This document shows positions 57,274 to 64,000 of a stretch of 64,000 nt of DNA, one piece after another. The stretch lies in the NCBI GenBank assembly GCA_028282845.1, contig JANQGY010000015.1, forward strand, positions 155,207 to 219,206, read 5' to 3'. The translations under genes were made by a program, and so were the position numbers. This stretch comes from a bacterium. GTDB taxonomy: Bacteria > Fidelibacterota > Marinisomatia > Marinisomatales > JAHJCW01. Below the pieces are notes generated by a model. The model saw only the letters and a program-made list of their open reading frames with translations, searched no databases and was not told the DNA's origin. Position 1 is the first letter of the stretch, and every line of letters begins with the position of its first letter.

Positions 57274-58539
57274 TTATAAATTAATCATTGAGTCGCACAG
57301 GCTGTTTAAAAACAATTTGTCGTGTGAAATTAATATTAAATGTTTTTTTGCCAAATACCTAATAAAATAGGACCTGAAATTTATTCTTTGTTGCTGACCC
57401 ATTCCAAATGTTGGTTCATCCAAGATCAATAAATCATATTTGCAATTTGCGAGAATGCAAACCAAGATGAAGCGCAGTGTTGTCCAGGATAGCTCCAAAC
57501 TGGACTTGTTACACACTTCATCCCAACTGATACCTTGTGATTTTAGGTCATTTTTTATAAAAGGTAGATCATTAATATTGAACTTTTCAGATGCAACGAG
57601 CTGCTCCACAAATTCCAAAATAGTCATAACACCCAATAATCTCTCGGGAAATTGATCCAAAAACCCAATTTCAAGATCAGTATTATCTAAGGCCAAATCA
57701 ATTGAACCTGATTTTGGTTTTTCAATATTCAGCAGCAATGCTGCTAATGTGGTCTTACCTGAACCGTTCTCACCGGTTATTCCTAAACACCTAAATTTTT
57801 CAATATGTTTATTGAGTTTATTAAAGATCGGTTCATAAGAATTATAGAAAAAATCTAAATTTCTAATATTTAGATTAAATAAACCGGTTTTTATTTTATT
57901 GGCCGGAAAATCAGATTGCGGTATAGATTCAATATCTGTAAATCCTTTTTCGGTAATTTCAAATCGGTCAGTGCTGTACTGTAAATCTTTATTATCTGAT
58001 GTGAACCACATTATTACTGTTTCATCATATTTAGCGAATGAAGATATTACTTGGCTTTTCATTCTATCGCTCAGGAACGATAAAGCGTCGTCAATAAGGA
58101 TCACTTTAGGTCTAAGTGATAAAGCGGTACATATATTCAATAATTCTTTTTCGCCGCCACTTAAAGTAACCGGATGGCGATCCAAATCAATATCAAAAAA
58201 TAAACTATCAATAATATTGTGTAATTCCTTTTGGATATATTTTGAATCATTATAGTTGCATTCAAAATTGAACGCCAATTCATTTTTGATGGAATTGCTT
58301 ACTATTTGTAAATCAGGATTTTGCAAAACGATTTGCACATCACCATTATTTTTATCAACATGTATGGCGTAATAATCGGAATCGAAAATGTTATTATTGG
58401 CTATACATTTTATCAACTCTGATTTGCCTACGCCGCTTTCACCATATATTATATTTAAACCGGTTGAGAAGTGAATCAATTGTTCAGCAGCTTTGGTTTT
58501 GTTAATATATTTTAAGACAAAAGAGTTATTATCAATCAC
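57274..58539 (-). CDS. Tandem ABC ATPase (ECF EcfA-A'-like, divergent)
   Basis: GESGVGKS, VLQNPDLQI, LSGGE, ILIDD; second domain GENGSGKT, DQFPE, ILDEPTFG, ISHD. Confidence 0.8.
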   Translation of the reverse strand: MIDNNSFVLKYINKTKAAEQLIHFSTGLNIIYGESGVGKSELIKCIANNNIFDSDYYAIHVDKNNGDVQIVLQNPDLQIVSNSIKNELAFNFECNYNDSKYIQKELHNIIDSLFFDIDLDRHPVTLSGGEKELLNICTALSLRPKVILIDDALSFLSDRMKSQVISSFAKYDETVIMWFTSDNKDLQYSTDRFEITEKGFTDIESIPQSDFPANKIKTGLFNLNIRNLDFFYNSYEPIFNKLNKHIEKFRCLGITGENGSGKTTLAALLLNIEKPKSGSIDLALDNTDLEIGFLDQFPERLLGVMTILEFVEQLVASEKFNINDLPFIKNDLKSQGISWDEVCNKSSLELSWTTLRFILVCILANCKYDLLILDEPTFGMGQQQRINFRSYFIRYLAKKHLILISHDKLFLNSLCDSMINL

Positions 58540-59815
58540 GGATTATACTCCGTACAACCCGCGTTGCTGAACCAACATTATCATGGATAACTTGCGTTGC
58601 TGCTAAACTTGCTTCCAAAAAACGATTTTTATCGTTCAGCAGAATTTTCATAATATCATAAAACTCGGTGCCATTTTTTATAGAGAAACCGCCGCCTTGT
58701 TTAAGCAATTCCATCGCTTCATGCGACTTATTATATTTGGGTCCGAATATAACAGGCAATCGAGCTATTGCCGGTTCCATAATATTGTGAATACCGCTTG
58801 AGAAGCCACCACCGATATAAGCAATTTGGCCCTGCCAGTAAAATCTTGACAACACCCCGACAACCCCCAATATCACAACTCGATTGTTTTGAATCTTTCT
58901 TTTCTTTTTAGAAGAAATTATTGACGGATCGTATCCGTTAGTTTTAAATAACTCTATTGAAGATTGAATATATTTTTCAGAAGGTTCATGGGGCACCCAC
59001 AATACCGATAATTCCTGATCTTCTTCCATCAATTTTAGCAATGGATTAATAATATTTTTCTCGTCATCCGGCCATACACTACCAATTATCAGCCTTTTAT
59101 CGCGCATCATAACACTGATAGTTTGATTCTTGGTAAACTTATCAGCCTTGGCTTTTACCTGATCATAACGCGGATTTCCAAGAACACGAATGATTGGTAC
59201 ATCACTGGGCCTAAGAATCCGTTTTAATTGTGTTTTATCAACGTCGGCAATTGTATAGATGGTAGCAAAAGATTTATATACGGTTCTATAAAAATTCTTT
59301 ATGATCGGTATCACCTTCGATGTTGCACTATCAAATCGCACCGCAAATACCGAAACATGAATGTTTCTATGTTCTGCTAACCAGATCAAGTTAGGCCAAA
59401 TATCATAAGATGCAAATATGATCTTTCTCGGCCTAACCACTTTCATCGCGCGGCGCAGCGACCAAATAAAATCAAACGGGATATATATTTTACAATCAAT
59501 GTTATCATCCAGTACATTATTGTATCCTGATGGAGAAAAGAAACTTGCAATTACATAACAATCATTATCTACTTCTTTTAGACCTTTCAGCACCGGTTTT
59601 ACCTGTTCAAATTCACCGTGCGATGCCGAGTGGAACCAATAAATTGGACGCTTTTTGTCCCAGTTCTTAACCGTATCTTTAAGTATTGAGATTGAATGAA
59701 AGCGTCCGATCAAGCCTTGCCGTAATTTTAAATTAAAGGCCGAACCAATTAATGCAACTACAAATATAAATGGATATATAAGAATATTATAAAGTAATAC
59801 CCAAAATAACTTCAA
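58532..59815 (-). CDS. waaA: Kdo transferase
   Basis: WFHSASHGEFEQ, FFSPSGY, GNPRYD, VPHEP, AYIGGGF..HNIMEPA..PVIFGP. Confidence 0.92.
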   Translation of the reverse strand: MKLFWVLLYNILIYPFIFVVALIGSAFNLKLRQGLIGRFHSISILKDTVKNWDKKRPIYWFHSASHGEFEQVKPVLKGLKEVDNDCYVIASFFSPSGYNNVLDDNIDCKIYIPFDFIWSLRRAMKVVRPRKIIFASYDIWPNLIWLAEHRNIHVSVFAVRFDSATSKVIPIIKNFYRTVYKSFATIYTIADVDKTQLKRILRPSDVPIIRVLGNPRYDQVKAKADKFTKNQTISVMMRDKRLIIGSVWPDDEKNIINPLLKLMEEDQELSVLWVPHEPSEKYIQSSIELFKTNGYDPSIISSKKKRKIQNNRVVILGVVGVLSRFYWQGQIAYIGGGFSSGIHNIMEPAIARLPVIFGPKYNKSHEAMELLKQGGGFSIKNGTEFYDIMKILLNDKNRFLEASLAATQVIHDNVGSATRVVRSIIRD

Positions 59816-60852
59816 TTTAACAAACTCCTCATTTGCTGCAGCACGATTTCCAGAGTAATTGTGGTCAGGCAGTATTGCTGATCACGGTAGCATTTGCGCT
59901 TTCCATTCTGCGAACAGGGACGGCACCATACTTCATCATTTTGAATAAGCACTGAGGAATCACGATTTATTCCGGCTCCGGTTTCACGTGAGGTTGGTCC
60001 AAGTATTAAGACCACGTCTTTGCCCAACGCTTCTGCAGCATGTATAAATCCGGTGTCAGACCCGATGCAAAATTTTGCATTTGCTATAATTGCCATTGAC
60101 TCTCTTAAATTTGTTTCACCCTGCAAATTTAAGTAAGATTTATCATAGCTTGCTAAATCCGAACAAATTTTATCATTCCTGCCGCCTAAAATGACAAAAT
60201 CAATATCTTCTATTTCTTTAATTTTGAGAATAAGATCATGATAATTTTGTGTTGACCAGGTTTTTTGATGCCAAGCAGCACCCGGAATTAATGCTATATA
60301 TTCACTATTGATCCCCTTAATCTTCAATAACTCATCGGCATTAAACCGTTCTTGATCGGATACAAATAATTCCGGCGACGGAAAATCTGAATCAGATAGC
60401 AAGCTTGCAATAGGTTTGTGCAAAAGCTGTAATTGACTGAAATCCGCCGAAAATAAATTTTTTCTGAATCTAAACAATAAAAACCGCTGCCAGCGCGGTT
60501 TTTGTAATGATCTAAAAACTTTATTTCTGATCATCATTTTAATGATGTTTGACCGCAATGAATTATGGAAATCAATTATCAGATCATAGTTGGAATTATT
60601 GATCCATTTCCCGGTTTTGATCAACTTGCCAAAACCGGCTGATCTTTCAAAAGAAATGATATTATCAATATATTTTAGACCTTCGAGCAGCGGTACAAAA
60701 TCGGAACGTGTTATTATATCTATCTTGGCATTTGGGAAAATATTTTTTAACGTTTTAATTGGAGAAGTGGTCAATACTATATCCCCAATAGAACTGAATT
60801 TGATGGCTAAAATACGGTTTGGAGCAGCAACCTTATTTTTTCCGACTGCCAT
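59812..60852 (-). CDS. GT9 LPS heptosyltransferase
   Basis: IKFSSIGDIVLT, IDFHNSLRS, PGAAWHQKTW, SDTGFIHAAEA, CRPCS. Confidence 0.9.
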   Translation of the reverse strand: MAVGKNKVAAPNRILAIKFSSIGDIVLTTSPIKTLKNIFPNAKIDIITRSDFVPLLEGLKYIDNIISFERSAGFGKLIKTGKWINNSNYDLIIDFHNSLRSNIIKMMIRNKVFRSLQKPRWQRFLLFRFRKNLFSADFSQLQLLHKPIASLLSDSDFPSPELFVSDQERFNADELLKIKGINSEYIALIPGAAWHQKTWSTQNYHDLILKIKEIEDIDFVILGGRNDKICSDLASYDKSYLNLQGETNLRESMAIIANAKFCIGSDTGFIHAAEALGKDVVLILGPTSRETGAGINRDSSVLIQNDEVWCRPCSQNGKRKCYRDQQYCLTTITLEIVLQQMRSLLN

Positions 60853-61816
60853 TATAATTTACCAAATCAATGAGTTTTTGCTTATAAACCGAATCAGGAT
60901 AGTTTTTTACATCAGCTAAAGCATTATTAGAATATTCATCAATTTTTGAAATTGCGTAGTCAAATCCGCCGGTACTTTCTATAATTTGCTTCAATTCGGA
61001 AATATCAACTTTACTTTTTTTAATTTTGCGGATTAACCGTCCAATTTTTTGTTGCGTCTTGCTATCAGAATTATTCAGACTATATACGATCGGCAGGGTT
61101 ATCATATTGCTAATAACATCACTTGCCACATCTTTGCCAATCTCAATTTCATTTCCCAGAAGATCAAAAAGATCGTCCTTTATTTGAAAGGCAATTCCCA
61201 AATTTATTCCAAAGGATTTCAGGATTTCCCGGTCTTCTGTTTTATCGGAAACCGATATAGCTCCGAGTTCGCAAGCAGTGCCGATCAGGGATGCGGTCTT
61301 TTTTTCAATCATTTTGAAATAAACTGCTTCCGACATTTTCTTCTTGATTGATTTTTCGATTTGTAACAATTCTCCCGAACTCAGATTTTCAGCAGTTTCA
61401 CCGATGGAGTCCAATACTCTAAAATCCTTGGTTTTCACCATGTAAATCAAGGATTTACTCAGTACGTAATCCCCCATCAATAATGAAATTTTATTTTTCC
61501 ATACCCTGTTTAATGAAGGCCAACCACGGCGATATTCGGCGTCATCTACAATATCATCATGGATCAGCGTAGCAATGTGTAATAATTCCATGACCGCCGC
61601 AGAGCGATAGGTATTCTCGTTGGGTGTGCCGCACAGATGCGCTGATAAGATTGTCAAAATCGGTCTGAAGCGTTTGCCGCGTCTTTGGATAATATATTTA
61701 CTTACGGTATTGATCAGCTTTACATCGGATTTTAACGCCGATTCAAACTCGGATTGATACTTTTGCAGATCATCCTTAATCGGCTCGGTGATATTCCTCA
61801 AAATTGATTGCGACAT
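60833..61816 (-). CDS. Polyprenyl diphosphate synthase (IspB-like)
   Basis: GKRFRP, ELLHIATLIHDDIVD..RRG, KTASL, GIAFQIKDDLFD. Confidence 0.93.
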   Translation of the reverse strand: MSQSILRNITEPIKDDLQKYQSEFESALKSDVKLINTVSKYIIQRRGKRFRPILTILSAHLCGTPNENTYRSAAVMELLHIATLIHDDIVDDAEYRRGWPSLNRVWKNKISLLMGDYVLSKSLIYMVKTKDFRVLDSIGETAENLSSGELLQIEKSIKKKMSEAVYFKMIEKKTASLIGTACELGAISVSDKTEDREILKSFGINLGIAFQIKDDLFDLLGNEIEIGKDVASDVISNMITLPIVYSLNNSDSKTQQKIGRLIRKIKKSKVDISELKQIIESTGGFDYAISKIDEYSNNALADVKNYPDSVYKQKLIDLVNYNGSRKK

Positions 61817-62562
61817 TAGTTCTCTTTACTTTCTTTACGTTTCTTGGCACGAACAACTACAACCGAAACAAATATACTTATCTCATACAATACTATTAAT
61901 GGAAATGTCATTATTAACATGCTGACCGGATCAGGTGGAGTAATAAATGCTGAGAGTACCATGATAGCTACAATTGAGTGCCGGCGATATTTCCGTAAGA
62001 ATCTTGGTGTTAAAATTCCGACGGCTGAAAGGATAAATGAAACTATCGGCATCTCAAATATTATTCCCGCTCCCATCATCAGCCAAGTTATAAAACTAAA
62101 ATAATAATTAATTGATATATTGTTTTCCACATCTCCGTAGCCCATTGAGGTGAAAAAATTGAGTGAGAATGGAATTATAACAAAATAGGCAAACAGGATA
62201 CCGCATAAAAATGATAAGTAGGTAAATATGATAATTGGAAGTATAAATTTGATCTCGGAATTATACAACCCGGGAGCAACAAATTTCCATAATTGATAAG
62301 TGATGACCGGTAATCCCAAAATTATGCCACCAACAAAAGACAGTCCCCATTTCACCATGAACATTCCCTGCACCTTCAGTACTTGCAGATTGAACTGATC
62401 GCTTATCTTATCGGTAGGGGCAATCAGGATTTCCATGATCCTATCTATAAATATAAATGAGATGATTGCACCAACTACTACCGCCGCTAAGGATTTCAAG
62501 ATACGCCACCTGAATTCTTCCAAGTGGTCCAAAAAACCCATTTCTAAGCTGCCATTACTCAT
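61816..62562 (-). CDS. tatC: Twin-arginine translocase subunit TatC
   Basis: MGFLDHLEEFRWR, YQLWKFVAPGLY, FEMP, ITPPDPVS, LYEISI. Confidence 0.95.
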   Translation of the reverse strand: MSNGSLEMGFLDHLEEFRWRILKSLAAVVVGAIISFIFIDRIMEILIAPTDKISDQFNLQVLKVQGMFMVKWGLSFVGGIILGLPVITYQLWKFVAPGLYNSEIKFILPIIIFTYLSFLCGILFAYFVIIPFSLNFFTSMGYGDVENNISINYYFSFITWLMMGAGIIFEMPIVSFILSAVGILTPRFLRKYRRHSIVAIMVLSAFITPPDPVSMLIMTFPLIVLYEISIFVSVVVVRAKKRKESKEN

Positions 62563-63500
62563 ACTTTTGTGCTTCTCATAATATCTTCGGCAATTTCATA
62601 AGCGGAAGATTTGATGGATTCCAAATCCCTCGTTCGTTGTTCTAACTCTTTCAAGCGCTTTGAGGTCCAAAATTCATTAAGCAGATTATTTTGCACCAAG
62701 TCAAACACCCGATCGCGGTGTCTATCTAATTGCTTTTGCGATATTATACCGGCTTGCTCCATTTTGTTCAAATGCGTGAATATTTTGGTATATAGCGCAC
62801 TGACACCGTCGTCTTTACTGGCGATCGTATTTAATACCGGCGGTTCTAATTTTTCGGATGGTTGGTCATTGTGCAAAATTGATTTAAGTGTACTCGCCAA
62901 GCGATTTGCGCCGGAGCGGTCCGATTTATTTATTACAAAAAAGTCTGCTATTTCAATTAAACCGGCTTTCATTAATTGAACTTCATCACCGGATTCGGGA
63001 ACCAACACAACGATTGCAATATCCACCGCCTTGATAACATCATATTCCCCCTGCCCCACGCCGACCGTTTCAAAGATAACAATATCTTTGCCGCTTGCTG
63101 CCAAGACATCGCCAACTTCTTGCGCACGTTTTGCCAAGCCGCCTAAATCACCGCGCGACCCCATGCTCCGGATATAAACAGCATCATTCCACGAGAATTT
63201 GTTCATCCTTACGCGATCGCCGAGTAAGGCGCCACCGGTAAAAGGACTTGTCGGGTCTATGGCGATCACACCTATGGATTTTTTATCATCAAGAGCAGTC
63301 TGAATAAGATGGTCAATTAATGTGCTTTTACCTGCGCCCGGCGGACCGGTAATTCCAATTCTCACGGAATCCTGAGTATGCGGATGTAGCGCAGTATAAA
63401 AAGCACTATCGTTGATTTTATTATCAATTATTTTGGTGATTATTCTGGATAGGATCCGGTGATCGTTTCCGCGAATATTGTTAATGATGTTTTGATCCAT
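62559..63500 (-). CDS. meaB: Methylmalonyl-CoA mutase-associated GTPase
   Basis: IGITGPPGAGKST, DPTSPFTGGALLGDRVRM, ETVGVGQ, QLMKAGLIEIAD, INKSD. Confidence 0.93.
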   Translation of the reverse strand: MDQNIINNIRGNDHRILSRIITKIIDNKINDSAFYTALHPHTQDSVRIGITGPPGAGKSTLIDHLIQTALDDKKSIGVIAIDPTSPFTGGALLGDRVRMNKFSWNDAVYIRSMGSRGDLGGLAKRAQEVGDVLAASGKDIVIFETVGVGQGEYDVIKAVDIAIVVLVPESGDEVQLMKAGLIEIADFFVINKSDRSGANRLASTLKSILHNDQPSEKLEPPVLNTIASKDDGVSALYTKIFTHLNKMEQAGIISQKQLDRHRDRVFDLVQNNLLNEFWTSKRLKELEQRTRDLESIKSSAYEIAEDIMRSTKV

Positions 63501-63638
63501 TCACTATATAAATGTACTACAATTAGATATACCGAAATTAGTCTGCAAAGATACGGAGTTTCGCAAGTCAATTCAAATTGGAAGAAATATAAAATATTGT
63601 TGTAAGTTTAACCATAGTTTGATATTGGAAATTATATT

Positions 63639-64000
63639 GTGCATCAATTAACCAAATATGTTCTTGATGAGCTTAATAAAAATGGTGATGTTACTAAGGC
63701 ACCGCAAATGCAAGCCTACATGAAAACCAGTCAACCTTTTTACGGCGTCCAATCAAAGTTAAGGAAACAGATATTTCGAGATGCAATAAAAAAATGCCCG
63801 ATCACAACCCGAGATAAATGGGAAAAAGCCATACTTGAATTGTGGAATGGCACGCATCGGGAAGCGATGTACCAAGCTTTGGAAGTAGCTAAGCGCTATA
63901 AAAAATATCACAATGAGGATGCTTGGCAATTATATGAGAAAATGTTGCGCACTGCTACAAACTGGGACACAGTTGATTGGCTATCTTCAAATTTGATCGG
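63639..64000 (+). CDS. DNA alkylation repair protein (AlkD-like), runs off window; absent from ORF track
   Basis: Manual translation from GTG 63639: ...KAPQMQAYMKTSQPFYGV...LW...RE..Y.A...NWDTVDWLSSNLI. Confidence 0.8.
   Translation, partial: MHQLTKYVLDELNKNGDVTKAPQMQAYMKTSQPFYGVQSKLRKQIFRDAIKKCPITTRDKWEKAILELWNGTHREAMYQALEVAKRYKKYHNEDAWQLYEKMLRTATNWDTVDWLSSNLI

Noticed and set aside
38404-62979. Long plus-strand ORFs such as 38404-39021, 48836-49276, 51500-52168 and 62611-62979
   Set aside because: Antisense shadows of dinB, uvrB, guaB and meaB with no protein motifs.
1-64000. Alternative genetic code (UGA=Trp/Gly) as explanation of the in-frame TGA
   Set aside because: TGA terminates several genes (e.g. 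DUF3179, kbaZ, waaA, meaB) and all other long ORFs are uninterrupted.
1-64000. CRISPR array, rRNA, prophage or recognisable defence system
   Set aside because: No regularly spaced repeats, rRNA-like sequence, or phage/cas genes were seen by eye; short or degenerate arrays could have been missed.

Overview
AT-rich bacterial chromosome segment with almost all genes on the minus strand. Gene content (PorV/PorQ-family barrel, T9SS-type C-terminal domains, GWxTD protein, lptE next to a sigma-54 activator, ftsY-rimO, DUF4295-like protein) points to the FCB superphylum, most plausibly a Marinimicrobia/KSB1/Calditrichota-like organism (inference). The window has three parts. (1) 1-7.0 kb: gltX, two tRNA-Ser genes and membrane proteins. 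(2) 7.17-33.8 kb: an integrase-less genomic island bounded by a 72-bp direct repeat of the tRNA-Leu(TAA) 3' end. It carries an AgaR-controlled galactosamine/tagatose catabolic cluster fused to a SusD-less glycan-uptake cassette (TonB-dependent receptor, CTD protein, PorV-like barrel, IPT and LamG proteins, GWxTD protein) plus GH36 and four unclassified glycosidase-like proteins. (3) 33.8-64 kb: tRNAs Leu/Cys/Gly, a 336-bp GIY-YIG mini-element at tRNA-Gly whose duplicated tRNA end carries a REP-like hairpin, a UshA-like selenoprotein (C-G-UGA plus SECIS) truncated in the ORF track, and a long run of housekeeping genes (dinB, nadE, asnS, galE, uvrB, guaB, hutH, rimO, ftsY, waaA, tatC, meaB). All family assignments come from motif recognition by eye; no searches were run.
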